Shown in pieces: positions 26,744 through 36,766 of a DNA stretch of 64,000 nucleotides. The number at the start of each line of letters is the position of its first letter. Position 1 is the first letter of the stretch. The position numbers and the translations under genes are program-made. Under the pieces are notes generated by a model. The model had not been told where the DNA came from. It worked only from the letters and a program-made list of their open reading frames with translations, and ran no database searches. Source of the DNA: an uncultured virus (IMG/VR IMGVR_UViG_3300013936_000020) (Duplodnaviria; Heunggongvirae; Uroviricota; Caudoviricetes). The stretch lies in IMG/VR virus record IMGVR_UViG_3300013936_000020; one strand, 5' to 3'.

Positions 26744-26946
26744 TTGACAAGGAATACATCAAGTCGATAATCCAAAGGGTTGTCGATGGCAAGGAGGCGA
26801 AGAACTTAGTACCCTCCTCTGCCTCCATGAGCGAGATAATGGCAGTCCTACGTGATGATGCCCTGGAGTGTATGCGCCAGATGTGCAGCGACAGGGAGAT
26901 TGCCGTGAACAAGACGTTGAACAGCGTAGCATTCAAATGCCTATGA
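26740..26946 (+). CDS. Hypothetical protein
   Basis: MIDKEY start overlaps the restored MTase stop (ATGA). Confidence 0.6.
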   Translation: MIDKEYIKSIIQRVVDGKEAKNLVPSSASMSEIMAVLRDDALECMRQMCSDREIAVNKTLNSVAFKCL

Positions 26947-27161
26947 GCAGACGTTACCACAACAAGATACCGCCTTTCAAACCAGACCCAGAGCATTGGA
27001 CTAAGAAGAGCAATTCTTGGAAGGCGAAGGTGGCATACGAGACAGAGGATGAGGCTTGGGAGTTCCTTAACCAAAACCCAAGGTTGAAGGAGATGAATTA
27101 CCGCCCTTATGTGTGCCACGTCTGCGGACAGATACACATCGGGCATTTACATAAACATTAA
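26937..27161 (+). CDS. Small protein with a CxxC...H zinc-binding motif
   Basis: YVCHVCGQIHIGH. Confidence 0.6.
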   Translation: MPMSRRYHNKIPPFKPDPEHWTKKSNSWKAKVAYETEDEAWEFLNQNPRLKEMNYRPYVCHVCGQIHIGHLHKH

Positions 27162-27172
27162 TAGTTGAGGAT

Positions 27173-27514
27173 ATGAAATTAAAGTATGGTTGTACAATAA
27201 TAGTTATCGTTGGTACACTTTCCGAATCGGATGGAATATTAAATTCGTGCATCCCTGAAAAGCAAATAGAATTTGATAGGTTAGCTTTAATAGACCAATG
27301 GGCGAAATTAGAGCTAATGCGAAGAATTAGCGGAGGGATTCTTTACGTTACACCGAGTTCTGAAAGTGCTATAAGGGAGCTTCTTGATGATTTTATCGGA
27401 GAAGATGGCTTCATTAAAGAGACTGGAAGAAAAATTGTCCATACAAAGGAACACGGTGACTTCTGCGTAAATCTTGTTTGGAATAAGGTTCGTGAAGATT
27501 GGGTTGATGATTAA
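27173..27514 (+). CDS. Hypothetical protein
   Basis: 113-aa AT-rich ORF. Confidence 0.55.
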   Translation: MKLKYGCTIIVIVGTLSESDGILNSCIPEKQIEFDRLALIDQWAKLELMRRISGGILYVTPSSESAIRELLDDFIGEDGFIKETGRKIVHTKEHGDFCVNLVWNKVREDWVDD

Positions 27515-27699
27515 AGACAAGGAGGAATAGCTTATGAATGCGTATATACCAACAGTGCCGATGATGCCACATATTTCGCACAGTCGTTCCGATAACGGCT
27601 GTTCTCACGACAGAATTGCTGTTACAACGTCGATTTCTATTGTTATACTGATTATGACTTTAATCATTGTGCATCGAATTTTAAAAAACTAAGTAGCTT

Positions 27700-28305
27700 A
27701 TGATTGAAGAAAAATATATTAAGGTAGGGTTAAAATTTAAATATAAGACGGTTTCGCTTACTGGTGAACAAAATGGCTCTTATATCACCAATAAAAGTGG
27801 GGATGACATTATTTTCGAGGTTACACGCATAATATGTAGTGATGGTAGCGTCCTTCGTGTTTGGTGCGATAAGGATATTGCAGGAATTAAACACGGAGGC
27901 TTTAACGAGTTTGGGGTTACTGACATCATGGCTTTCGGAGAGGCTATTGAGCAGGAAGAATACGTAGAAGGAGAAATTGCACTAAGATACCTTAACGAGC
28001 AAAGAGCTAAAGCAATTTCTAACGAAGGCACAAGACTGTTCGAGACTATTACCAATAAGATGCTCGATACATACAAGGCGAAGAACCACGACTACGGAAA
28101 TGCCTTCTCAGATATGTATGGTGAATTGGGCATTGACTATGGGTATGGAAAGATACGTGAGAAGGTGAACCGCATTAAGGTGCTGAAAGATAACGATGCG
28201 CAAGTATCAAACGAACCTTTAGAGGACGCTTTGTTGGATTGCGCAAACTATTGCATCTTAACATTGATGGAATATCAAAAACGCAAGAAAGATGGCAAAG
28301 ATTAA
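27700..28305 (+). CDS. DUF1599 / nucleotide-modification-associated domain protein
   Basis: C-terminal KNHDYGNAF...EDALLDCANYCILTL signature. Confidence 0.7.
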   Translation: MIEEKYIKVGLKFKYKTVSLTGEQNGSYITNKSGDDIIFEVTRIICSDGSVLRVWCDKDIAGIKHGGFNEFGVTDIMAFGEAIEQEEYVEGEIALRYLNEQRAKAISNEGTRLFETITNKMLDTYKAKNHDYGNAFSDMYGELGIDYGYGKIREKVNRIKVLKDNDAQVSNEPLEDALLDCANYCILTLMEYQKRKKDGKD

Positions 28306-28447
28306 GAAATTTCACTGCGAGGATTGCCTATTCTTTAATGAGGGCACATGCAAGGAGGAACACTTTTGGAGAGATGTTAGTGGCATGGACGAGATCTGCG
28401 CTGATTTCGAGTACAAGAACGAATTTGAAAATTAAAATATTGTTATT

Positions 28448-29026
28448 ATGAAAGAATTAGAATTTGGTAAGAAAGTGCTTTGTGGTAATTACTATATCTT
28501 AAAGCACTCTAAGAGCCTTAGCAAGGCTGAGGTGGCGAAGTTGAGAAATGCGCAGGGTATTCCTGCCGGCATTCAGAAGCACTTGCAGAGAGCGAGCCTT
28601 CCTTACATCAAGGTCGCTACCATCAGTGACTCCTGGAGCGTTGAGTTCGTCATCGGCATGACCATGTACGAGTTTCTGAACACCGTGGAGTACGTCTTTG
28701 ACGGCGATGGCAACCGATTGCTTGTTGGCAAGGAGAAGAACTGCATCGAGAATATCATCTGCCAGATGATGACAGACACGACTCTCATCGGCGACAAGGA
28801 ATACCGCCTTGGCAAACTGAAATTGCAGCAGGAATACCTTGAACGTGCTTCTAAGGCTGCTAAGGAGGCTGATGAGGCTGGCAAGACCGAGGAGCAGCTT
28901 CGCAAGGAAAGCGAGGAAGCCATCAACGAGGTTATGGAACGTGACAAGCACGCAGCAACCATCCTGGAGATGGGCGAGCAGGTCAAGAAAGAGGAAAGCG
29001 AGGCTGGCCATGATGAGCAACACTGA
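28448..29026 (+). CDS. Hypothetical protein
   Basis: 192-aa ORF. Confidence 0.75.
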   Translation: MKELEFGKKVLCGNYYILKHSKSLSKAEVAKLRNAQGIPAGIQKHLQRASLPYIKVATISDSWSVEFVIGMTMYEFLNTVEYVFDGDGNRLLVGKEKNCIENIICQMMTDTTLIGDKEYRLGKLKLQQEYLERASKAAKEADEAGKTEEQLRKESEEAINEVMERDKHAATILEMGEQVKKEESEAGHDEQH

Positions 29027-29207
29027 CAGGTTAATTGAGATTATCGAGGATCATACTTCCTACGAGATTGCTCTCAGGAGCGTCATTCTTGCCGCTGAGA
29101 CACACGAACTGCCACCAGAGGGTATGTTGCCAACGTTCAACGATTCGTTGGCTACAGACAACCTCAGAACGGCTCTACAGCTTGTTACTGGCAAGAAATA
29201 CGAGTAA
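29010..29207 (+). CDS. Hypothetical protein
   Basis: MMSNTDRLIE start overlapping the upstream gene end. Confidence 0.55.
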   Translation: MMSNTDRLIEIIEDHTSYEIALRSVILAAETHELPPEGMLPTFNDSLATDNLRTALQLVTGKKYE

Positions 29208-29248
29208 CTTCTTTAATTTTTTCTACATAATGTTTTTGCATAATAAAG

Positions 29249-29279
29249 AAAGGGAGCCATCCGTGAGGACAGCTCCCTT
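29249..29279. terminator. Hairpin between convergent gene blocks
   Basis: AAGGGAGC...GCTCCCTT with A/T-rich flanks. Confidence 0.65.
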
Positions 29280-29414
29280 GTTTAACCAATTAAATTTCTG
29301 AATTATGATTCACAGAGTACGAGACTCGGAGAACATAAACTGTAAATTCGTTTGCAAAGGTAGTCGTTTTTATTCGCATTCAAGTAAAAAAGAATCGCTT
29401 TAACTAAACTTTAA

Positions 29415-29957
29415 CTATTTCTTCTTCTGAAATGTGGCCTGGCCGTTCTTAAATATGATACAATCCTCACAACAGCGAGGCATTGAAAGAGGAATGAAAT
29501 AATGAACGGTCGTGTCTTCCGACTGCATCTCGTCCTGCTTAATCTTATTGTAGTCGGCAATCATCTTGACTGCCTCCGTCCACTCCTTTGAACCAGGCTT
29601 GTACTTTCCCTTGACTATCACAAGGTCTTTGAGGATTTGTTCCTTTGAGGTGGCTTTTGCTAACTCTTCGGGAGTAACGGAATCCTCTGCGATATTCTCT
29701 GCCTTCTTTCCCTGCACCTCTGCGATTCTCTTCCGTACGGACTCCAGGGACTCCAACGTGTTCATCTCTCGCTCAAGAACGTCCTTGCTCCAGTTGAAGC
29801 CGTAGCCTTGAAATGCAATCGCCCAACTGTCCCTGATTCCCATGCCGGAGCCTCTGAGGCTTGCGTAGATATAGTAGCGTGGGTCTTTCATGCCCAACGC
29901 CTTCACTTTCTTGCGTACTGCCACAGACAATGTGTAGCCTTTAATATCGCCATCCAT
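29415..29957 (-). CDS. Hypothetical protein (possible terminase small subunit)
   Basis: Last gene of the packaging block; helical, ends in a CCxxC segment. The function is positional inference. Confidence 0.4.
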   Translation of the reverse strand: MDGDIKGYTLSVAVRKKVKALGMKDPRYYIYASLRGSGMGIRDSWAIAFQGYGFNWSKDVLEREMNTLESLESVRKRIAEVQGKKAENIAEDSVTPEELAKATSKEQILKDLVIVKGKYKPGSKEWTEAVKMIADYNKIKQDEMQSEDTTVHYFIPLSMPRCCEDCIIFKNGQATFQKKK

Positions 29958-29962
29958 AATTC

Positions 29963-30937
29963 TTAATCTTTAAAGTTTAACGTTTGTTGCTTGCGGCGAT
30001 TTCTCCACGCTTCGATTCCCACGCCGCTTATCCACCAATCGAAGTAATCTTTATTTGTTAATCCAAAAGTGTCGAGCTTGCCTCCATTGCGAATATCATC
30101 AATAACCTTTAGCCAGCTCTTGTATATGTGAGGGTAACGCTTGCAATCTGCGAGCTTCTGCCTGTAACCGTGCATAGGACAGCAAAGACAGCCTATCCTG
30201 TGATAGCCCTCATCGTACAGCTTGCAATACTTTATTCCAAGTGTTTTCAAGAACATCCAAACCTCATCGTCTGTCCACTCGATGATTGGCGATATGATAA
30301 GAGACTCATGCCCTCTTATGCACCCTATGGTATGTTCGTCTGTAGCGTTTGTTATGTTGATTTCATGTACCCCCCCATGTGTAGGTCGCCCACGCTTTTG
30401 TGAATTACGCTTCTCTCTGAACTCGTCAAGCCCATCGAGAGTGCCGCTATATTTGTGGTTGGATATTTCAACCTCCTTTCGGTAAGAACGCTGCCTGCTT
30501 TCGGTATGACGTATTCCTATCAATGTAACCTTCCCGGCACCGATACCCTCCTTATATATTCTACAGCACCAACGCATCAACCTTGTAGGAAGTATGCCTT
30601 CCTTGCGTGCTTGGTTGTAGATGCTTATACTTGGCTTAATGAAGTCAACGTCAGGATATTGCTCACGTCCGAACCTGATGACTTCTGGAGGGTCAACGGA
30701 CGTAAGAGCCATGTGTGCCTTGAATTTAACTCCTGCGAGCTTTGTTATATGATACAGGCACTGGCTATCCTTCCCCATGGACGTTGAAAGATAGAATCCG
30801 TTCTCCTTATCGTATGCCAAAGCGAGCTTTTCAGCTTTCCTAAGAAATTCTACGGAATGCAAAATCTTTTGTTGAAAGTCTTTTGGAAACTTCGGAAGCA
30901 CTTCCTCTAAAGTAAATTTCAGTTCAGAATTAATCAT
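29963..30937 (-). CDS. PAPS reductase family protein
   Basis: SMGKDS PP-loop, RWCC, GIRHTES..R, PIIEWT and RIGCLCCP. Confidence 0.88.
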   Translation of the reverse strand: MINSELKFTLEEVLPKFPKDFQQKILHSVEFLRKAEKLALAYDKENGFYLSTSMGKDSQCLYHITKLAGVKFKAHMALTSVDPPEVIRFGREQYPDVDFIKPSISIYNQARKEGILPTRLMRWCCRIYKEGIGAGKVTLIGIRHTESRQRSYRKEVEISNHKYSGTLDGLDEFREKRNSQKRGRPTHGGVHEINITNATDEHTIGCIRGHESLIISPIIEWTDDEVWMFLKTLGIKYCKLYDEGYHRIGCLCCPMHGYRQKLADCKRYPHIYKSWLKVIDDIRNGGKLDTFGLTNKDYFDWWISGVGIEAWRNRRKQQTLNFKD

Positions 30938-30939
30938 AC

Positions 30940-31716
30940 CTATTCGTTTTTATTATTATCCTTGAAAATAAATTCAGCTCGGCATACGCATCCCACGTGT
31001 GCGGGAATGACCATCGTACCAATCTTGTGGACGTATCCGCACAAATCATCGCAAACTTGACACGGAAATGATGAGCCTCGAAAAACTTGGTATCCTACCG
31101 CTCCACTTTCCTTTCCGTATTCTTGCTCCGTCCTGCCCCATGCGATAGAAATCACCTGCTTTGCGTTCCTCACGATATTATGGTAGGCGTTGCGGTAATA
31201 TCCCTTTCCGTAGGATGGCGTGGCGATGTTAATGTCCTTCTTCTGCGCCTTCGTCACCACTGAAGACTTGTATGGGTCTTTGTAGCTCGTTCTGACGGAT
31301 GAGAGAATCTGTTGGTCGGTGTAGTTCATCAACGTGCCAGCCTTGATCATCCTCACGATGTCCTCTGCGAAGTTGGCGAGGTATGCGGTGTTTCTCTCCT
31401 TGGTGGTGAGTCCGTAGATGTCCCCTTTCAAGAACTCATCCGTGTTCTCGCTGTCTATGCCGAGAATCTTGCATGATGCCTTGGAGTAAGCGGAGATGTA
31501 TTTCTCGATGTCCTCCTCAGCCTCAGCGGTTATGTTCTTTGCGTAAGAGAGCAAGGCAGACTCGTTGGTGAGCCTGCCCGCACCTCTGTATCTCTTGCTT
31601 GCGGTGACAACCTTCTGTGTCGCCTTCCATAGAATGTCCGCTATGTGGCTCTCGCAATTACGAAGGGCCTGCGAGCGTTTCACTGAATATTCTACTGAAC
31701 GTTTAATTTCATCCAT
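30940..31716 (-). CDS. Minor head morphogenesis protein (SPP1 gp7 / Mu F-like)
   Basis: C-terminal CQVC...PAHVGCVC motif, directly after the portal gene. Confidence 0.7.
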   Translation of the reverse strand: MDEIKRSVEYSVKRSQALRNCESHIADILWKATQKVVTASKRYRGAGRLTNESALLSYAKNITAEAEEDIEKYISAYSKASCKILGIDSENTDEFLKGDIYGLTTKERNTAYLANFAEDIVRMIKAGTLMNYTDQQILSSVRTSYKDPYKSSVVTKAQKKDINIATPSYGKGYYRNAYHNIVRNAKQVISIAWGRTEQEYGKESGAVGYQVFRGSSFPCQVCDDLCGYVHKIGTMVIPAHVGCVCRAEFIFKDNNKNE

Positions 31717-31722
31717 AGGCTA

Positions 31723-33453
31723 TTAATGGGTTTGGTTGTAGCGTTTCCAATTATTCTTATCATCGACGTCATTATTGTTATTCTCATCCCATTTTTTCCC
31801 GCTGCGATTCGGGCGTCCAGCTTTGCGGCCTCCACCAGTATTAACATCGTTACCACCTTGCTGCTTGTTGATGCGAGCGGTAGCCTTTTCTTCCTCGATT
31901 TTATTCTCTGTCTCGTTGTCTGCGCGCTGCATATCCATAAGCAAGTCTTGCTGGTCTTCCTCTTTCTTCTCACGCATGATGCGCTCGTATTCCGCAGTCT
32001 TAGGGAAGTCTGGACAGCGTTCAGATGCGGTTTGCTTTGATAAGAAACCGTTTTGAACAGCAGTGGCTATATTCGTAATTTGTTCTGTCTTATTCTGGTG
32101 TATGTATGGATCTATCCACGCATTTATAGGCAATCCCACCATAGTTGCCACGCAGTCCTCTTCCGTTCCGATACCGAACTGACAGATACGAAGGAGCTTG
32201 TCTAAGAAAGGCTGTAGCTTCTGCGCGTCGTTCATGGCCACCTCCAATGCTGGAGAGTAGAGCAACTTTATGGCAACGCCAGGAAGGTCGCCTGATTTCA
32301 ACTCTGGAGGCTTTACGGTGAACGACAGTTCGTAGATGAGGTCGTATGACTTGTTGAGCTGCGTTGCGAAAGCTTCGGAAGCATCCGTTCCATTCAAGAA
32401 TTCAGCCTTTCCGTTGATGTCTGTGATCATGATGGTCTTCGCAGAGCCGGTCGCATCGTCTCCTTGTACGGAAATGTCATCTCCGTCTCCAGTGAGCGTA
32501 AGGATTGGGAACGCAAACGCCTTGTTGTTTTCGCAAAGATAAGAGAATGCTTCCTCGTAGTCCTCGATGTTCTTCTGCACCATTGACCAGCAAGGGCCGT
32601 TCTCGCATCGTGCGTATGCCACAGGGACTTCCTGGAATCCATGTTCCCTGCTCTCAACCAATGTATAATCATCTATTCCGAACATCTTACCTATCTTGAC
32701 AAGTATCTCCTGAACCTTTCCGTTCTTCGCTCCCCTCTTGAAACGATAGAACATCCTATCATCCCAAGCCTCGACCCATTCAGTTTTCTCGTTACCCTCG
32801 TCATCGTAGTCGTAATACTTGCGTGCGAAGCAGACCAAGTCGCCTGTCAACGAGTCGAACTGAGGATACAGAATGTCTCCATTGTTGTATGAAAGCGTTC
32901 GTGTGCAAAACTCGTTCTTCTCATTGAAGAATCCGACGATGGCGCATTCTGCGACCTTCAAGTATGCGCTCACTGCCTCGAAGAAACGAATCTCCATGTC
33001 GTGCATGAGCCATCCCTTCTTGAACCTGTTGAGCAGCTTTTGGTTGTCGTCAGCCTTCTTCTCGTCATCATAGTCGTCTCCATCTGCAAGCTCGAACTGA
33101 ACGTCGTTTCCTGTCAGGTGTAGCAAGTGCTTGGTGTGGATGAGCTGTTGAAAAGCGAAAGCCGTGCGCTGAATCTTCTGGCGGTACCACTTGTCGTTAT
33201 CTGGATTCTGTTTCCAGATGTCCGGGTATTCGGCTTCGTCCATTATCCTATGCGCCGACGGATAGAACTCGCGCAGAAAGTCCGCCTGCGTCTTGATGCG
33301 GCGATACATCGTGTCCTCCGGCATATTTCCGTCATACTTGTCAGAAACGACATCACTGACGGAAAAATGTTTCATATAGCCTTGCGAGGTCAGCTCGTAG
33401 AATGGCTTTCTTACGAGCAGCTCTCTTACATTGTTTACCTTGCTAACATCCAT
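31723..33453 (-). CDS. Portal protein
   Basis: 576 aa directly after TerL; GVAIKLLY segment and acidic tail typical of SPP1-like portals. Confidence 0.8.
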   Translation of the reverse strand: MDVSKVNNVRELLVRKPFYELTSQGYMKHFSVSDVVSDKYDGNMPEDTMYRRIKTQADFLREFYPSAHRIMDEAEYPDIWKQNPDNDKWYRQKIQRTAFAFQQLIHTKHLLHLTGNDVQFELADGDDYDDEKKADDNQKLLNRFKKGWLMHDMEIRFFEAVSAYLKVAECAIVGFFNEKNEFCTRTLSYNNGDILYPQFDSLTGDLVCFARKYYDYDDEGNEKTEWVEAWDDRMFYRFKRGAKNGKVQEILVKIGKMFGIDDYTLVESREHGFQEVPVAYARCENGPCWSMVQKNIEDYEEAFSYLCENNKAFAFPILTLTGDGDDISVQGDDATGSAKTIMITDINGKAEFLNGTDASEAFATQLNKSYDLIYELSFTVKPPELKSGDLPGVAIKLLYSPALEVAMNDAQKLQPFLDKLLRICQFGIGTEEDCVATMVGLPINAWIDPYIHQNKTEQITNIATAVQNGFLSKQTASERCPDFPKTAEYERIMREKKEEDQQDLLMDMQRADNETENKIEEEKATARINKQQGGNDVNTGGGRKAGRPNRSGKKWDENNNNDVDDKNNWKRYNQTH

Positions 33454-35081
33454 AATCCTTTTACCTTTTTATGTTTCTTTTTTGTTAAACTGAATATCAT
33501 CACATAGAACCAAGACTCGAAGAAGTCAGGAGAGTGACCAACGTACTTCTTGGCGATTTTCTTAGGCAATAGCTTGAATCCCCTATCGTCGCTGTTCTCG
33601 TCTCGCCTAAGCATCTTTCGCTCCTTCTGAAGTATCTGTCTGAGCGGAACCTTGTCGAAGCCGTTTCCGGAGTACTTGCGCTCCAGGAGCTGATGGTCGA
33701 TGGAAATCTTTTTCTCCTTAATCATCTTGTAGAACAGCCAAGCGCACTGCGACTTCAAGTCCTTGTAGAGATACTTGATACCCTCTTCCTCCTGGTGATT
33801 TGCAGGAATAGGAGCGGCTTGGTTGTTGAACGGAACTGCGTCCTTGAAGAATCCCTTGAAGTACTGTCCGATGCCCTGCATATCGTAGGTAAAGTTGGAC
33901 TCCTCCACTCCCCACTCCCTCAGCTTGGCTTGCACAACTGAAACGAGCGTCTTAGGGTCGAGCCTCAACACCACCAAATCCTTGCAGTGCCATCCCTCCC
34001 AGAGCCACATCACGAAGTTATCTCCTCCCGTGAAAGCGATGTCGGCGGATGCCCTACGTTTTCCGTCTCCTTCCTGTATGGAATTGTCGTATATCTCGTC
34101 GAGGTCTTCCATCTTTATCATGTCGTCGCCCGCAGCCTTCCAGTTCCAGTTGGCCTCCAGGTCTCGCATTCTCTGTTCCTCGTCCTGCTGGGCAAGGTTG
34201 GCGATATAGGAGGCATCGGTGGAAATGAGCTTGATATTCTCGGAAACGTCCGCACGAATGAACGTGGCAGACTTGATGAACATATCTAGCTTCGTGTATC
34301 CAAGCTCGGCGTAGCTGTCCTTCCATAGCGAGTCGATGATGCCCTTGCATTGCTCATATACCTCTTCCCTCGTGTCGCCCCAATAGATTGAGTCCGGGGT
34401 GTCTCCGTCCATGAAGCAATAGCGGATAACTCCGTTTTTGTCCGGGTCTATGTATCCGTTTTCATTCACCCACCAGTCGATGAACTTCCTTACCCACGAC
34501 TCCGGGTCTGGGTTACAGGTTATCCAGAAGCGGTTTCTGATGTGCGCTGCGTTTCGATTTGTGGTGAGTAAGTACTTAAACTTCTTGTATGAGCATTGCG
34601 TTCCCTCATCAATGCAGATGTAAGCATATTGACGACCTTGGAACCTATCCTTGAAATCTGGTTGATAAGCTCCTGCGTAGTACGAGAATTTCAACCACCC
34701 TCCGTTATTGAAGTTCCAAGTCATATCATTCTGAGACTTGTTGTATGTTCCGAACTGGGAGTACAGCTTATATGAGTCTGTGATTAGAGATTGTAAGTCG
34801 TCTTTTTCCTTTCTCACTATAACCGCATGAAAGTCAGGATTCTTGATGTCCTTCAATGCCTCCATAAGAGAACTGAAGCTCTTACTTCCACCTCGCGAGC
34901 CGCCACATATCTTAATGTCGGCATCAATGGAAAGCATATCTTCCTGTCCGCCACGTTGAGCTATAATCTTCAACTTGTCGGGATGTCTCTTGTCAGCGTC
35001 TCTTAGCGACTGGATATATTCCTGGGTGTATATTGGCTCCCCGTTATCCAGTTTTAGTCCTGAAAATACATCTTTAACCAT
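33435..35081 (-). CDS. terL: Terminase large subunit
   Basis: Walker A GGSRGGSKS, Walker B ICIDEG, TCNP, nuclease ADIAFTGGD and HSPD. Confidence 0.92.
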   Translation of the reverse strand: MVKDVFSGLKLDNGEPIYTQEYIQSLRDADKRHPDKLKIIAQRGGQEDMLSIDADIKICGGSRGGSKSFSSLMEALKDIKNPDFHAVIVRKEKDDLQSLITDSYKLYSQFGTYNKSQNDMTWNFNNGGWLKFSYYAGAYQPDFKDRFQGRQYAYICIDEGTQCSYKKFKYLLTTNRNAAHIRNRFWITCNPDPESWVRKFIDWWVNENGYIDPDKNGVIRYCFMDGDTPDSIYWGDTREEVYEQCKGIIDSLWKDSYAELGYTKLDMFIKSATFIRADVSENIKLISTDASYIANLAQQDEEQRMRDLEANWNWKAAGDDMIKMEDLDEIYDNSIQEGDGKRRASADIAFTGGDNFVMWLWEGWHCKDLVVLRLDPKTLVSVVQAKLREWGVEESNFTYDMQGIGQYFKGFFKDAVPFNNQAAPIPANHQEEEGIKYLYKDLKSQCAWLFYKMIKEKKISIDHQLLERKYSGNGFDKVPLRQILQKERKMLRRDENSDDRGFKLLPKKIAKKYVGHSPDFFESWFYVMIFSLTKKKHKKVKGLWMLAR

Positions 35082-35225
35082 AAATTTTGTATGTTTTCTG
35101 CAAATTTATACATTTTTTCTTGGATAATTGCATAATTATACGTATATTTGCGCCAAAATAAGTATATTTATACATTTTTATAGCGGAAGCACCGCATAAG
35201 GATAACAATTTTAATCAAAAACAAC
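35082..35225. promoter_or_regulatory. Divergent promoters between the packaging and head operons
   Basis: TAAATTTG on minus (~35101-35108) and TATATTTG on plus (35143-35150), with ATAATTGCATA between them. Confidence 0.65.
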
Positions 35226-35924
35226 ATGACAAGAGAAGAACTCTTAGATTTGGTGAACGGAAAGGTTGACACAACCAAGTTCAATTCACTCAGCCAGAAG
35301 ACCATCAATGAGGAACTTGATGATGTTTTGGAAGATTTCGGTGACGACGATGACGCAAACGACAAAATTGTCACCAAGTTGGCTAACCGCTTGAAGCGCA
35401 TGGACGGAAACCTTCACAAGAACGTCTCATCCGAGATCAAGAAGGCGAAGGAGGAAGCTGAGCGAAAGAAGGCAGAAGAGGACGAGCGTAAGCGCAAGGA
35501 GAAGGAAGACAAGGATAACAAGTCTGCCGACGAAAAATACAATGAGCTTATGGCTGAAATTAAATCCTTGAAGGAAGCCAACGCAGAACGAGACAAGAAG
35601 GCTGCGAGGAACGCAACCATCGAGTCGGTAAAGGCAGGTTTGAAGGATAAGTTCGACAAGGCTGGACTTGAAATCAAGAACTACTTCTTAAAGGCTGCTA
35701 TCTCGAAGCTGACGATCCCAGACGAAGATGTTGACATTGACGACTTGGTATCGAAGGCGGAGAAAATCTACACCGCCGAGTACAAGGAGGCCACAGGCGA
35801 GAAGGGCATCCCAAAGAAGGGACAGCCAAGCACAGGTGGCGGTAGCTCGGAAGAGGACAAGATCCTCGACGAGATTGCGAAGCGTCGCAAGGAAAGGTAC
35901 GGCGACGGCGGTGCGAAGAAATAA
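35226..35924 (+). CDS. Capsid scaffolding protein
   Basis: Charged coiled-coil protein upstream of the head genes. Confidence 0.65.
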   Translation: MTREELLDLVNGKVDTTKFNSLSQKTINEELDDVLEDFGDDDDANDKIVTKLANRLKRMDGNLHKNVSSEIKKAKEEAERKKAEEDERKRKEKEDKDNKSADEKYNELMAEIKSLKEANAERDKKAARNATIESVKAGLKDKFDKAGLEIKNYFLKAAISKLTIPDEDVDIDDLVSKAEKIYTAEYKEATGEKGIPKKGQPSTGGGSSEEDKILDEIAKRRKERYGDGGAKK

Positions 35925-35954
35925 GGATAACATTATTAAAAAGGTAAAAAGATT

Positions 35955-36731
35955 ATGATGAATAACACTTCTATTTCCTACCTGAGCCAGTTGGCGACCA
36001 CTGGTATGGTCAGCCATAGCGCGACCATCATCCAGTCTGAGGGTTCTGTTGGCGGTACCAGGTATGTGTTCGAGCAGCTTGAGGCTCTCATCAAGAATGC
36101 CTTCGTTCACCCACCTATCGGTGGCAAGTTGGTGAACCCTTTCAAGGGTCCTGCTAAGATTTATGCCGGTGACTTGATCGAGCACGACCTTGGCTTTACA
36201 GCAGGCGACGATGGTCCTGGTGCAACCATTAAGATTTTGAAGGCTTACGCGGTTGCCAAGGCTACAACAACAGCTACCGACACGGAGATCTATATCGTCC
36301 GCAACGGTTTTGTTCACATTCCGTTTGTTGGCGACAACATCATGGTTGGCCAGAAAACTTTCGCAACCAAATCTGTTGGTGTTACAGTAACCGCTGTTGA
36401 GGCTACAACCGACGCAACTGCTGGAGACGTATGGAAGCTTACACTTTCTGCGACACTTGGCGCGTTGAAGGTTGACGACGTTCTCGTCGAGGCTGCATCC
36501 GCAGGCAGTGGCGTTCTTCCTATGGTGACGAACCCGAACTGCTTCGCTCCTTGCGACAACGACCTTCCGTTCTATGACGCAGGCGGTGATAAGTATCACA
36601 AGCCACGCACGAACATCAACTTCTGCATGTTGAACCCGGACTGCGTGATGTGGCTCAACCGCATGGGTCCTGTGCCTCCTGCTGTAAAGGCAATGAACAA
36701 GTCTCTGTATCCGGAGTTCTGGCACATCTAA
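35955..36731 (+). CDS. Head decoration / auxiliary capsid protein
   Basis: Beta-rich, T/A-rich, between scaffold and capsid genes. Confidence 0.55.
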   Translation: MMNNTSISYLSQLATTGMVSHSATIIQSEGSVGGTRYVFEQLEALIKNAFVHPPIGGKLVNPFKGPAKIYAGDLIEHDLGFTAGDDGPGATIKILKAYAVAKATTTATDTEIYIVRNGFVHIPFVGDNIMVGQKTFATKSVGVTVTAVEATTDATAGDVWKLTLSATLGALKVDDVLVEAASAGSGVLPMVTNPNCFAPCDNDLPFYDAGGDKYHKPRTNINFCMLNPDCVMWLNRMGPVPPAVKAMNKSLYPEFWHI

Positions 36732-36766
36732 CCTATTGTCTAACGTAAAAAGATTGATTCAGGATT

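Noticed and set aside
35688..36725. Long antisense ORFs (35688-36725, 53328-54212, 24440-25108, 60253-60930)
   Set aside because: They are shadows of well-supported genes on the opposite strand; 60253-60930 merely reads through TR and VR antisense.
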